DNA of 63,762 bases, counting the filler, from Coriobacteriales bacterium (lineage in GTDB: Bacteria; Actinomycetota; Coriobacteriia; Coriobacteriales; UBA8131), in the NCBI GenBank assembly GCA_031263105.1. It is 6 parts of 6 records of this genome, joined end to end, with 100 filler letters (N's around TTAATTAATTAA, not from the genome) between each part and the next. Parts side by side here need not be neighbours in the genome. Positions count along the whole stretch, not along the records: positions 41,434 to 48,420 come from JAISGJ010000213.1; positions 48,521 to 54,244 come from JAISGJ010000080.1; positions 54,345 to 60,918 come from JAISGJ010000123.1; 3 more parts are not named here. One strand, written 5' to 3'. The position numbers and the translations under genes are program-made. The notes under the pieces were generated by a model. That model searched no databases. It was given only the letters and a program-made list of their open reading frames with translations, and had not been told where the DNA came from. Within the stretch, counting starts at the first letter, position 1. Every line of letters begins with the position of its first letter. This document shows positions 44,329-54,572 of this stretch, piece after piece.

Positions 44329-45505
44329 GGACACTCACTCCTCGATATCGCGCGATGGCGGCCACGTCCTTGTCGCCACGACCGCTCAGGCAGATGATGA
44401 CGTTCTCCTCGGGACCCAGCGTAGGCACCAGCTTGCACGCGTGCGCCACGGCATGAGCGCTCTCGATGGCACAGATGATGCCCTCCGTGCGGCTCAGGCA
44501 CTCGAAGGCGCAGACTGCCTCCTCGTCGGTGACCGGCACGTACTCGGCGCGCCCGATGCTGTGCAGGTAGGCGTGCTCGGGGCCGATGCCGGGGTAGTCG
44601 AGGCCGGCGCTGATGCTGTAGACCGGCGCGATCTGCCCCTGCTCGTCCTGGCAGAAGTACGACTTCATGCCGTGGAAGACCCCCAGCTCGCCGGCGGCTA
44701 TGGTGGCGGCGTGCTGGCCGGTCGCGATCCCGCGCCCCGCCGCCTCGCAGCCGATGAGCCGCACGCCCTCGTCCCCCACAAAGTGATGGAACATGCCCAT
44801 GGCGTTGCTGCCGCCCCCCACGCAGGCGACGACCGCAGCGGGCAGCCTCCCCTCGCGCTCAAGCACCTGCTCGCGCGCCTCGGCGCTGATGACCGCCTGA
44901 AAGTCGCGCACCATGAGAGGAAAGGGGTGTGGCCCCATCACCGAGCCCAGCAGGTAATGGGTGTCCTCCATGCGGCTCACCCACTCGCGCATGGCCTCGT
45001 TGACCGCATCCTTGAGGGTCTGCGTCCCCGTGGTCACGGTGTTGACCTTCGCGCCGAGCAGCTCCATGCGGTAGACGTTGAGGGACTGCCGCTCGGTGTC
45101 CTCGCGCCCCATGAAGACCTCGCACTCCATGTCGAGCAGCGCCGCCGCAGTCGCCGCCGCCACGCCGTGCTGCCCCGCGCCCGTCTCGGCGATCACCCGC
45201 GTCTTGCCGCGCCTCTTCGCAAGCAGGGCCTGCCCCAGCACGTTGTTGATCTTGTGCGAGCCCGTGTGGTTGAGGTCCTCCCGCTTGAGGTAGACCTTCG
45301 CGCCGCCCAGCTCGCGCGTCATCTTGGCCGCGTGATACAGCAGCGACGGCCGCCCCGCATACCCGTCGAGCAGATCGGCAAGCTCCGCTGCGAACGCCGG
45401 ATCCTGCCGGTAGTGCTCATAGGCCGCCTCCAGCGCCAGCAGCTCGCTCATCAAAGTCTCGGGGATGTACTGCCCCCCAAACTCACCAAACCGTCCTCGT
45501 GTCAT
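44321..45505 (-). CDS. trpB: Tryptophan synthase beta chain
   Basis: [40 protein letters not shown]. Confidence 0.98.
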   Translation of the reverse strand: MTRGRFGEFGGQYIPETLMSELLALEAAYEHYRQDPAFAAELADLLDGYAGRPSLLYHAAKMTRELGGAKVYLKREDLNHTGSHKINNVLGQALLAKRRGKTRVIAETGAGQHGVAAATAAALLDMECEVFMGREDTERQSLNVYRMELLGAKVNTVTTGTQTLKDAVNEAMREWVSRMEDTHYLLGSVMGPHPFPLMVRDFQAVISAEAREQVLEREGRLPAAVVACVGGGSNAMGMFHHFVGDEGVRLIGCEAAGRGIATGQHAATIAAGELGVFHGMKSYFCQDEQGQIAPVYSISAGLDYPGIGPEHAYLHSIGRAEYVPVTDEEAVCAFECLSRTEGIICAIESAHAVAHACKLVPTLGPEENVIICLSGRGDKDVAAIARYRGVSVHE

Positions 45506-46128
45506 GCCTGCCTCACTCTCCTCACGAACTCGATGATCTTCCGTGCGTCCTTCAAGCCGTCGGTCTCGACCCCGCTGCTGACGTCAACGGCAAAGGGGGC
45601 AAGCGCAAGCGCCTCGTCGAGGTTCTCCCGCGTGACGCCGCCCGCCAGGAAGTAGGGCCGCTGCACCCCCTTGAGCAACCCCCAGTCGAAGCGCCTGCCG
45701 CTCCCCGGCCTCCGATAGTCGAACAGCAGGCAGTCGATGCCATGCGCAGTCGAGGTGTGTTCAACGGGGAGAAGTGCGGGGTCAAAGCCCTCGTCGACCG
45801 TCACGGCCCGGATTACCTCCAGACTCGCACCGCAACGCCGCTTGAGCTCGTCGATCTGCTCCGACAGGTAGGCCCCGTGGAGCTGCGCGTACTCGAAGAG
45901 CCCTTGGGCGTGCAGCTCGGCGATGCGCTCGATGCGCTCCTCGACGAACACCCCCACGGGCACGATGCGCCCGTCGAGCTGTGCCCGCAGACGCGCCGCC
46001 TCGTCCGGCGTGACCTGCCGCCTGCTCGGCGCGAACACGAAGCCCACGTAATCCGGCAGCGCGACGTTGACCGCCGCAACGTCCTCGTCACGGAACAGCC
46101 CGCATATCTTGACGCGTATCTCACTCAT
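45502..46128 (-). CDS. trpF: Phosphoribosylanthranilate isomerase
   Basis: VKICGL, QLHG, LAGG, DVSSGVE. Confidence 0.96.
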   Translation of the reverse strand: MSEIRVKICGLFRDEDVAAVNVALPDYVGFVFAPSRRQVTPDEAARLRAQLDGRIVPVGVFVEERIERIAELHAQGLFEYAQLHGAYLSEQIDELKRRCGASLEVIRAVTVDEGFDPALLPVEHTSTAHGIDCLLFDYRRPGSGRRFDWGLLKGVQRPYFLAGGVTRENLDEALALAPFAVDVSSGVETDGLKDARKIIEFVRRVRQA

Positions 46129-47158
46129 GACAGCCCCTTAGAGATACACCGTCATTGCGAGCGAAGCGAAGCAATCCAGTCGGAGGCTCGGAGATTACGG
46201 ACTGGATTGCTTCGTCGCTTACGCTCCTCGCAATGACGGAAGTAGCCGTCGTCTCCTTGGCCGCCTCGCGCATGCGAGCGAGCAGGGCGGCTTTGTCCTC
46301 GGAGCGCATGAAGGTCTCGCCGACAAGCACGGCATCAATGCCGGCAGCGGTCAGCTGTGCCACGTCCTCCTCGCTGCGGATGCCGCTTTCCGCAACGTAG
46401 GGCACGCCGCTCGGCACCAGCTCCCGCAGCCTGACGCTGGTCAGCAGGTCCACCTCGAAGCTGTTCAGGTCGCGGTTGTTCACTCCCACGATGCGCGCGC
46501 CCGCTGCCAGTACGCGACGGACCTCGTCGGCGGTATGGGCCTCGGCCAGCACATCCAGGCCGAGCCGGTCGGCACAGGCGACGAAGGCCGCAAGCTCGTC
46601 GTCGGCGAGCAGCGCGGCTATGAGCAGAACCGCCTGTGCGCCGAGCAGCCGCGCCTCGGCTATCTGGTACTCGTCGATGACGAAGTCCTTGCGCAGCGTC
46701 GGCAACACGCAGGCGGCGGCGATGTCTTCGAGGAAGCGCGGCGAGCCCTTGAAGAAGGTCGGCTCCGTGAGGACGCTGACCGCGTCGGCGCCCGCCGCCT
46801 CGTAGTCGCGCGCGACCTGCAGGTGGTCGAAGTCCTCGGCGATGAGTCCCTTGGAGGGCGACGCCTGCTTCACCTCGCAGATGAAGGAGAGTCCCGGGGC
46901 TGCCAAGGCCTCGGCGAAGGAGGGGGATGCGAGCGGGGCGGGGGCTGCCTGCAGGGCGGGGGCGGCTGCCTGCAGGGCGGCGGGCGGGGCGGTGGGGGCT
47001 GCCCGCGGGGCGGAGGTCGCAGCGGATGCGGAAGCGGGACGTGTACGAGGGGTGAGCGTGCCGATCTTCTCCCAAAGCACATCAGGGGGCAGTTCCTGCT
47101 TTGCTGCGGCGACGCGGTGACGCGTGTCGGCGACTATCTGTTCGAGGATGCTGTGCAT
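46121..47158 (-). CDS. trpC: Indole-3-glycerol phosphate synthase (with insertion and repeat-derived tail)
   Basis: EVKQASPSKG, SVLTE, LRKDF, GVNNRDL, AESGI, LVGE; start ATG 47158. Confidence 0.96.
   Translation of the reverse strand: MHSILEQIVADTRHRVAAAKQELPPDVLWEKIGTLTPRTRPASASAATSAPRAAPTAPPAALQAAAPALQAAPAPLASPSFAEALAAPGLSFICEVKQASPSKGLIAEDFDHLQVARDYEAAGADAVSVLTEPTFFKGSPRFLEDIAAACVLPTLRKDFVIDEYQIAEARLLGAQAVLLIAALLADDELAAFVACADRLGLDVLAEAHTADEVRRVLAAGARIVGVNNRDLNSFEVDLLTSVRLRELVPSGVPYVAESGIRSEEDVAQLTAAGIDAVLVGETFMRSEDKAALLARMREAAKETTATSVIARSVSDEAIQSVISEPPTGLLRFARNDGVSLRGCHE
46150..46238. repeat. CGTC-type palindromic element inside the trpC 3' end
   Basis: CGTCATTGCGAG…GAAGCAATCCAGT / ACTGGATTGCTTC…CTCGCAATGACG. 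Confidence 0.88.
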
Positions 47159-47181
47159 GGGGGGCCTTCCTGTCCTGTGCG

Positions 47182-48189
47182 CTATTCGTTCGACAAGGCG
47201 ACGAAGCGGTCGAGCTGGGCGAGGGCGGCACCGCTGTCGATGACCTGCTCGGCCAGCTCGGCCGCCTGCGTGAGCGAAAGCTCTGGGCGGGCGATATAGA
47301 TGGCGGCGGCCGAGTTCATGACGACGGCGTCGCGACGCGGGCCCCGTTGCCCTTCGAGGACGGCGCGGGTGATGAGCGCGTTCTCTGCAGGCGTGCCGCC
47401 TGTCAGCTCGTCTTTCGCGCAACGGGTGAAGCCGAAGTCCTCCGGGCGGATGTCGTAGGTCTTGAAGCGCCCGTTGCGCAGCTCGCAGACGCTGGTTGCC
47501 GCGCTCATCGACAGCTCGTCGAGGCTGTCCTGCCCATAGACCACCAGCGCGTCGGTGACGCCGAGATTGCTCAGCACCTGCGCCATCGGCTCCACGAGGT
47601 CCTCGTCGTAGACCCCGAGGAGCTCGCGCATCGCGCCGGCGGGGTTCACGAGCGGCCCCAAGATGTTGAAGATGGTGCGGATGCCCAGCTCTGTGCGGAC
47701 GGGAGCGACATACCGCATCGCGAGGTGGTAGTTCTGCGCAAAAAGGAAGCAGAGGTCAATGCCGTTGAGCATCTCAAGGCTCTTCTCGGGCGAGACCGCG
47801 ATGTCTGCCCCCAGCGCCTCGAGCACGTCGGCCGCCCCCGACCTTGACGTGGCGGCTCGGTTCCCATGCTTTGCCACGGGGATGCCCGCCGCGCTGATGA
47901 CCATGGCCGAGGTCGTGGAGATGTTGAAGGAGTTGGAGCGGTCGCCACCCGTGCCCACGATCTCGAGCACGTCCCTATCGTGCAGCAGGCGGACGCAGTG
48001 CCTGCGCATACCGACGGCCGAACCGGTGATCTCGTCGATGGTCTCGCCCTTGACCGCCATTGCCGTGAGGTACGCCGCCATCTGTATCTCCGTGGCCTGC
48101 CCGCCCATGATCTGGTCCATCACCCGCTCCGCCAAGTCGTAGCCGATGTCCTCTTTACGTGCCGCCCTCTGTATCGCTTCCTTGATCAT
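47182..48189 (-). CDS. trpD: Anthranilate phosphoribosyltransferase
   Basis: GTGGD, FNISTT, KHGNR, RTIFNILGP. Confidence 0.97.
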   Translation of the reverse strand: MIKEAIQRAARKEDIGYDLAERVMDQIMGGQATEIQMAAYLTAMAVKGETIDEITGSAVGMRRHCVRLLHDRDVLEIVGTGGDRSNSFNISTTSAMVISAAGIPVAKHGNRAATSRSGAADVLEALGADIAVSPEKSLEMLNGIDLCFLFAQNYHLAMRYVAPVRTELGIRTIFNILGPLVNPAGAMRELLGVYDEDLVEPMAQVLSNLGVTDALVVYGQDSLDELSMSAATSVCELRNGRFKTYDIRPEDFGFTRCAKDELTGGTPAENALITRAVLEGQRGPRRDAVVMNSAAAIYIARPELSLTQAAELAEQVIDSGAALAQLDRFVALSNE

Positions 48190-48239
48190 CGTCTTTATCC
48201 TTTCGTGTGGTCTGCCTCTAAGAAGACTGCTGTATTCAG

Positions 48240-48639
48240 ACCCCCGCTGTCATCCCGGTCCCCCACTGTCAGCCCGGTCCCCCCCTGTCATCCCGGTCCC
48301 CCGCTGTCATCCCGGTCCCCCACTGTCATCCCGGTCCCCCACTGTCTTCCCGAGCCTGCCGAGGGATCTTCGGCTGCGAAGCAGCCGACCGCAGGTCGAG
48401 TCCCCATCTGACGGCGGTCGNNNNNNNNNNNNNNNNNNNNNNNNNNNNNNNNNNNNNNNNNNNNTTAATTAATTAANNNNNNNNNNNNNNNNNNNNNNNN
48501 NNNNNNNNNNNNNNNNNNNNTGACAGTGGGGGCTCGGGATGACAGTGGGGGCTCGGGATGACAGTGGGGGCTCGGGATGACAGTGGGGGCTCGGGATGAC
48601 AGTGGGGGCTCGGGATGACAGTGGGGTGTGAGCAGTAAC
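48240..48639. repeat. MITE terminal tandem arrays on both sides of a contig linker
   Basis: CCCCACTGTCATCCCGGTC-type units before the gap; GGCTCGGGATGACAGTGGGG units after it. Confidence 0.85.
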
Positions 48640-48770
48640 AATTTCTTTCGTCAGCAGAGAAATGCCGCAAACAGGGTCTTGACAAGCGCGGCACCATAGG
48701 GCACACTTCTTTATGTAGCAAACTTATATGTTTACTGTATTTTAGAATCACACAACCAGGAGCGGGAAAG

Positions 48771-49856
48771 GTGGGCACCATGATTGACCACGAAACGGGA
48801 GGGCGCCTCCATCGCCGCCATGCCTCAGCTCGAAAGAGCGTCGCGTCCGCATGCGTGCTCGTCCTCGTCCCCCTTCTGCTCCTGTCCCTCTTGGCGTTGG
48901 GTGCCTGCAGCGCCCCTGAGGGCGCAACGGCCCAGCAGGAGACACAGGAAAACGAGCCTGCCGACCAGCAAAGCCGACAACAGCCACAGGGCACAGACGA
49001 GGCGGAGGCGAGCACTGCCATCGGCATCACCTACACACCGGACTACCGCTATGCGGACCTCGATACCGGCATCCGCATCGCCTACGTCGAGCTGGGTGAG
49101 CTCTCGGCACCACCGGTGGTCTTTTTGCACGGTGCCACGGACAGCTATCTCTCGTGGTCACAGATCGCGCCGCGTGTGGCGGAGGGCGGCTACCATGTCA
49201 TCGTTCCGGAGCTTCGCGGCCATGGGAGGAGCGACAAGCCGGAGACGGGTCCTTACACCGTGCAGGACCATGCGGCCGACATAGATGCCCTGCTCACGCA
49301 GCTTGATGTCGAGCAGGCGCATGTTGTGGGGCACTCGCTCGGCACCTTCGTCGCGCAACGCCTCGCGGCAGAGAACCCCGACAAGGTCAGGTCGCTCACG
49401 CTCATAGGCAGCGCGGCGACCGTCGAGGGCAACCCGACGCTCGACTGGCTCCTCAACGGCGACGGCGAATGGCCGGGCATCAACAACGAGCAGGAGCTGT
49501 CCGACGAGTTCCTCGTCGACTGGACGCTCTCGACCAACGGGGACCCCGCCTTCATCGAGGCGACCTACCAACATGCGAAAACCCTGCCCGTATACGTGTG
49601 GCGCAACATATTCAACGGCCTGAACGGCCCTGCCGCCGACCTCTCGAAGATCACGGTGCCCACCCAGATCATCTGGGGCACCGAGGACGGCTTCTTCTCC
49701 CGTGACGACGAGGACGCCCTTGTCTCCGGCTTGGGCACGAACCCGGCAGAGGTGGAGTTTATCGAGAAGCCCGGGGCAAGCCATAACACCCATTGGGAGG
49801 AACATGCCGACGAAGAGATCGCTGCCGACATCCTCCGCTTCATCGACGGCGCCTAG
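48771..49856 (+). CDS. Lipoprotein alpha/beta hydrolase
   Basis: Lipobox LGAC; FLHG, GHSLG nucleophile elbow, WGTED, C-terminal His. Confidence 0.9.
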   Translation: MGTMIDHETGGRLHRRHASARKSVASACVLVLVPLLLLSLLALGACSAPEGATAQQETQENEPADQQSRQQPQGTDEAEASTAIGITYTPDYRYADLDTGIRIAYVELGELSAPPVVFLHGATDSYLSWSQIAPRVAEGGYHVIVPELRGHGRSDKPETGPYTVQDHAADIDALLTQLDVEQAHVVGHSLGTFVAQRLAAENPDKVRSLTLIGSAATVEGNPTLDWLLNGDGEWPGINNEQELSDEFLVDWTLSTNGDPAFIEATYQHAKTLPVYVWRNIFNGLNGPAADLSKITVPTQIIWGTEDGFFSRDDEDALVSGLGTNPAEVEFIEKPGASHNTHWEEHADEEIAADILRFIDGA

Positions 49857-50329
49857 CCCCTGCCTGCGTCGCTGCCCCTGTCTGCGGCACTGCCTGGGCC
49901 CCTGCTCGCATCTCCCGCGAGCAGGTCGATGAAGACGTACTCGAACTCCTTGTGGTCGGCCTTCTTCAGCTCGCACTCCCAGATCACGAAGACCTTCCAG
50001 CCGAGTGCCTCGAGCTCCTTGACCTTTGACCGGTCGCGCTCCACGTTACGCTTGAACTTGGCCTCCCAGTAGTCCCGGTTCGCCTTGGGGAGGGGCAGGT
50101 CGCACCTCGGGCAGCGGTGCCAGAAGCAGCCGTTGACGAAGATGGCCACCTTGCGTCCCGGATACGCTATGTCGGGGCGCCCCGGGGCCTTCTTCCACTG
50201 GAGCCGGTAGCCGGGGAACCCCGCATCACGGAGCATCTTCCGCACCATGAGCTCCGGCTTGGTGTCCTTGCCCTTGTTGCCCTGCATGGACTTTCGAACC
50301 GCCGGTGTCGTTGCTGTTGGCGAACGCAT
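49853..50329 (-). CDS. vsr: Very-short-patch repair endonuclease
   Basis: KDTKPE, PGRPDI, FVNGCFWH, VIWECE. Confidence 0.93.
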   Translation of the reverse strand: MRSPTATTPAVRKSMQGNKGKDTKPELMVRKMLRDAGFPGYRLQWKKAPGRPDIAYPGRKVAIFVNGCFWHRCPRCDLPLPKANRDYWEAKFKRNVERDRSKVKELEALGWKVFVIWECELKKADHKEFEYVFIDLLAGDASRGPGSAADRGSDAGRG

Positions 50330-50520
50330 GGCAGGCCCTACGCAGACAGCCTCAGTGCCCGGTCGTGGTGCCTACGGTATGGGTCGAGCATGTGCATAAC
50401 GGCTCCAATCCGGGCCACCCGTTGCGAGGCAAAGGCTGTGCCCCGCGCCGTCCTCATTCCTCGCGCAGGAAGCGCTAAGCATAGGGGCAGGTGCGATGAG
50501 CATAGGGGCACGCGTCGCCC

Positions 50521-52056
50521 TCATTCCTCGCGCAGGAAGCGCTCGTAGAACGCGATCATGCGCCCGTAGTTCTCCACACTGAGGCACTCGTTGGTGCCGT
50601 GTATGTGCTGACGGTCCTCCTCCGTGATGTGTATCGGCGTGAAGCGCAGCACGTCGTCCGAGAGGGCGCAGAACTGCCGCGAGTCGGTGCCTCCCATCAC
50701 CAGATAGGGCACGACCAGCGCCGAGGGGTAGAACTCGGAGGCCAGACGCTCGACGGAGCGGTAGAACGCCGAGTCGTCCGGCGAGACCGGCGAGGGGTCC
50801 TGCGCAAGGAGCGGCCCGACCGTGGCGTCAAGCCCCGCACGCGCTATCAGCCCTTCGAAGTGCCGCTGCACGTCCTGCGTCGTCTCGCCGGGCAGGATGC
50901 GCACGTTGACGTTGAAGCTCGAGGCCTGCGGCAGCACGTTGCAGGCATCGGATGCGGCGGCCATCGTCACGGCGGAGGTCGTGCGCACCATGGCATTGGT
51001 CGTGGGGCTGCCGGCGAGTATCCTCAGCAGCAGCGGGCGGAAGAGCCAGAGGTTCGCCACCGCCATACGGGTCACAAAGCCCATCTGGCCGCAGAGCCTG
51101 CGCAACATCCCCTCGACCGGCACGGTGAGCCGCAGGGGCAAGGGCTGCCGCTCGATGAGCGCAATGAGCCTCGCAGCCAGGCCCAACGAGGTGCTCTTCG
51201 GCGGCATCGAGGAGTGCCCGCCGGTGCCCCTCACCCTGAACTGGTAGTTGCTGATGCCCTTCTCCGCCACGCCGATCAGGCCGATGGGCACGCCGACGCC
51301 GGACAGGGCGCCGGTGACCACCAGCCCGCCCTCGTCCAGCACGCCCGCGAAGCGCACGCCGCGCTCCTTGAGCCGCTCGACGATCAGCTCCGCGCCCTGT
51401 TCGCCGCCGACCTCCTCGTCGTGCCCGTAGCAGAAATAGATGTCGCGTTTGGGGACAAAATCGGTGCGCATCAGGTTCTCGGCCGCCTCGAGATGGGCCA
51501 TGAGCTGGCTCTTGATGTCCAGCGTCCCCCGGCCCCAGACCACACCGTCGACCAGTGCGCCGGAGAAGGGCGGCTGCTCCCAGTCCTGCTCCGTGCCCTC
51601 CTCGACCGGCACCACGTCGTAATGCGCCATCAGGGCCACGGGAAGCAGGGCGGCAGGGGGGCGGGGGGCCGCGTTTGGGCCGCCCGCCGGGGCCGGGGCC
51701 GCCGCGCTCGGGGCCGCCGCGCCGCCGCCCGCGCATGGCCAACGGTAGATCAGCGCGTGACCGTTGACCACCTCGAGCTCGCAGCGCTCATGGAACAGGG
51801 GGAACCGGTCGGCCAAGAACCCTTGGAACGCCTCAAAAGGAGCGAAGTCGGTCGCCTCGTACTCGAGGGTGCTTATGGTGGGGATGCGAATCGCCGCGCC
51901 CAGCCGCTCGATCGCCTCCGGCGCGACAGGGCCGGGGTCGAGGTCCGGGGCACCCTGCGCAGGCGCGACGGGAGGACGGAAGCCGAAGGTGCGCACCAGC
52001 ACCACGGCAACCAACGCGACGACGACTGCAAGCACTACAAGAAGTGCGACCTGCAT
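50521..52056 (-). CDS. M20-family peptidase/amidohydrolase with N-terminal TM
   Basis: AHYDVVP, GRGTLDIK, HDEE, GGHSS, GGTD, IHGTNE; start ATG 52056. Confidence 0.92.
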   Translation of the reverse strand: MQVALLVVLAVVVALVAVVLVRTFGFRPPVAPAQGAPDLDPGPVAPEAIERLGAAIRIPTISTLEYEATDFAPFEAFQGFLADRFPLFHERCELEVVNGHALIYRWPCAGGGAAAPSAAAPAPAGGPNAAPRPPAALLPVALMAHYDVVPVEEGTEQDWEQPPFSGALVDGVVWGRGTLDIKSQLMAHLEAAENLMRTDFVPKRDIYFCYGHDEEVGGEQGAELIVERLKERGVRFAGVLDEGGLVVTGALSGVGVPIGLIGVAEKGISNYQFRVRGTGGHSSMPPKSTSLGLAARLIALIERQPLPLRLTVPVEGMLRRLCGQMGFVTRMAVANLWLFRPLLLRILAGSPTTNAMVRTTSAVTMAAASDACNVLPQASSFNVNVRILPGETTQDVQRHFEGLIARAGLDATVGPLLAQDPSPVSPDDSAFYRSVERLASEFYPSALVVPYLVMGGTDSRQFCALSDDVLRFTPIHITEEDRQHIHGTNECLSVENYGRMIAFYERFLREE

Positions 52057-52346
52057 GAGAACCTCCGGTCCCGGCGAGAGGGCGGCCCTGCGCAGCGTGG
52101 GCAGTTTGCACAGCTTGCGCAGCGTGGGCAGCGTGGGCACCGAGGCCCCCGCGCACCCTGTGCGCCTAGACCCCTATGCACCTTGAGGCCCCTACGCTCC
52201 TTGGAACCCCTACGGCCCGTCCTTGTCGCCATAGCACTGATACGGCACCTGCGCCTTCTGAGGCACACGGCTGCTTACAGTGTACACGCCCCCTCCCGTC
52301 ATTGCCATCAGGAAGTTCCGACGCCTTCGGAACAATCCTCTGCGCC

Positions 52347-52627
52347 GTTACTGTGGTCACACACCCACTGTCATTCCGAGCCTGCCGAGGAATCTTCGAC
52401 TGCGAAGCAGTCGACCGCTGACCCATTGTCATTCCGAGCGCAGCGAAGGTCCTTCTCTACGCTCAGGATAAACTCCGCCGAGGAATCTTCGACTGCGAAG
52501 CAGTCGACCGCTGACGCGGTCGAAGATCCCTCGGCAGGCTCGGGATGACAGCGGGGGGCCGGGACGGCAGCGGGGGGCCGGGACGGCAGCGGGTGGCCGG
52601 GACGGCAGCGGGGGTGTGAACGGTAAC
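52347..52627. repeat. Composite/nested MITE elements
   Basis: Two GTCATTCCGAG left arms, one right arm, degenerate tandem termini; outer ends GTTAC…GTAAC. Confidence 0.85.
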
Positions 52628-52978
52628 TCACAGGGCCGCAGCGTTTTTGAGGTAGCGCTCAAGCGCCTCGCCCACGATGGCGTTCAACTTCTTGCCTGAC
52701 GCCTCAGCTCGGAGCACGAGGTCGCGATGCGTCTCCGATGGAACTCTGACCTGGAATAAGCCGGAATACTCCCTTTCTGGCGTAAGGGATCCCTCTTCGC
52801 AGAGCGCCAGATAGTCGTCGACGCTCGCGCGAAAGGCGGCCTCGATTGAAACGGCATCGATGCCTTCATAGGTAACGAGGGCGCGAATGCCCAGAACCTT
52901 GCCGTGCAGGCATTTGTCGGATGCGCTGTACTCCACGCTGCCGTGGTACCCCTTGTATTCCAGTGCGTTGTCCATCAT
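52628..52978 (-). CDS. hicB: HicB-family antitoxin
   Basis: YKGYHGSVEY, VDDYL, YSG.F.VR…H RHH-type tail. Confidence 0.9.
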   Translation of the reverse strand: MMDNALEYKGYHGSVEYSASDKCLHGKVLGIRALVTYEGIDAVSIEAAFRASVDDYLALCEEGSLTPEREYSGLFQVRVPSETHRDLVLRAEASGKKLNAIVGEALERYLKNAAAL

Positions 52979-53229
52979 ATCAACCCTTCGTCCTCCAAAA
53001 ACTGTGTCACGTCTTTTATCACGTAGGCCTTCACCTCGTTGCCCGGATGGGGCCTATGCAGGCTGATGGGCGGATGCGTAGCGCTCATGAACCGTATCCT
53101 TGACCCGGATGTCTTGCCGCCGATAAGCTCCGAATATCCCAAGTGTTTGAGTACCTTCTTCATATCCTGGTACTTGAAGGCGTCGGGCCTCGTCTTGAGC
53201 TGCTCTATCAGCTTTTCAATCTGGCTCAT
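52975..53229 (-). CDS. hicA: HicA-family toxin
   Basis: GKTSGSRIRF, HRPHP motif; overlaps the hicB start. Confidence 0.9.
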   Translation of the reverse strand: MSQIEKLIEQLKTRPDAFKYQDMKKVLKHLGYSELIGGKTSGSRIRFMSATHPPISLHRPHPGNEVKAYVIKDVTQFLEDEGLI

Positions 53230-53330
53230 GCAGTCTCCGTAATTGTAATTGAATATCAGTTACATAATACTACGAAAGCGGGATCTGTCAAGGCGTTACT
53301 GTTCGCAGGATGCCGATTCCCCTTTGCCCC

Positions 53331-54140
53331 TTACCTGCTCATGAGGGGGATGACCAGCGGGGTGGCGCTTATGGGGTCGGTGATGATGGTGTTGGCGAGG
53401 CCGAAGGCCTGCTCGATGAGCTCGCTGGTCACCACCTGCGCGGGCTCGCCCTCGACGAGTATCCGGCCCTCGGACATGACCACGAGGTTGGTGGCGTAGC
53501 GGAACGCGAGGTTGAGGTCGTGCAGGACCGCGACCACGGTGCGCCCCTGCCGGTAGAGCGCCCAGGCGAGGTCGAGCACCTCGACCTGGTGGGCGATGTC
53601 GAGATAGGTGGTCGGCTCGTCGAGCAGCAGGATGGGGGTCTGCTGGGCGAGCGCCATCGCTATCCACACACGCTGGCGCTGCCCGCCGGAGAGCGCGTCG
53701 AGCGTGCGCTCGGCAAGGCCCTCGACCTGCGCGTCACAAAGCGCCGCCCAGACCGCCTCCTCGTCGGCGACCGACCACTGCCGCACAAGGCTCTGGTGGG
53801 GATAGCGCCCGCGCGCCACGAGGTCGAAGGCCGTGATGCCGTCGGGCGCGTGCGGGTTCTGCGGCAGGAGCCCTATGAGCCGGGCGACCTCCTTGGGCCT
53901 GAAGCTACGGACGTCCTTGCCGTCGAGCACGATCCTCCCCTCTTTGAGCGGGAGCATCCGCGCAAAGCATTTGAGCAGCGTGGACTTGCCGCAGGCGTTC
54001 GGTCCGATGATGACGGTGAAGCCCCCGTCGGGCACGCTCAGGCTCACGTCGTGCAGCACGTCGAGCCCGCCGCCGTAGGAGACGCGCAGCCGCTCCGCGT
54101 ACAGGCGGGACGCGTATTCCGAGTCACTCCCCACTGTCAT
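53331..54140 (-). CDS. Iron-siderophore/cobalamin ABC transporter ATP-binding protein (FepC/FecE-like)
   Basis: GPNACGKST, GRYPH, LSGGQRQR, LLLDEPT, VLHDLN. Confidence 0.92.
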   Translation of the reverse strand: MTVGSDSEYASRLYAERLRVSYGGGLDVLHDVSLSVPDGGFTVIIGPNACGKSTLLKCFARMLPLKEGRIVLDGKDVRSFRPKEVARLIGLLPQNPHAPDGITAFDLVARGRYPHQSLVRQWSVADEEAVWAALCDAQVEGLAERTLDALSGGQRQRVWIAMALAQQTPILLLDEPTTYLDIAHQVEVLDLAWALYRQGRTVVAVLHDLNLAFRYATNLVVMSEGRILVEGEPAQVVTSELIEQAFGLANTIITDPISATPLVIPLMSR

Positions 54141-54344
54141 TCCGAGTCACTCCCCACTGTCATTCCGAGTCACTCCCCTCTGTCATTCCGACTCACTCCC
54201 CACTGTCATTCAGAGTCACTCCCCACTGACAATCCGACGGAACGNNNNNNNNNNNNNNNNNNNNNNNNNNNNNNNNNNNNNNNNNNNNTTAATTAATTAA
54301 NNNNNNNNNNNNNNNNNNNNNNNNNNNNNNNNNNNNNNNNNNNN

Positions 54345-54561
54345 ACCCGACACCCCCCAACGGCCACGTCACCCCCCCTGTGACATTCCGCCCCTGTCGT
54401 GGAATCTTTGGCCACGCTGTGTCCCACGGCAGGTCAGGGGGCCCTTCGACCTGCGGTCGACCGCTTGCGCGGTCGAAGATTCCTCGACAGGCTCGGAATG
54501 ACAGTGGGGGTGTGACGTGGCAGTGGGGGCGTGACGTGACGGTGGGGGTGTGTACAGTAAC
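54345..54561. repeat. MITE/REP-family element (degenerate left part at contig start)
   Basis: GATTCCTC…CTCGGAATGACAGTGGGG…GTGTACAGTAAC. Confidence 0.75.
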
Positions 54562-54572
54562 TCCCTGCGCCC

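Noticed and set aside
48190..48420. Loss of trpE/trpG from the trp operon
   Set aside because: The contig ends in repeats just upstream of trpD, so absence cannot be judged.
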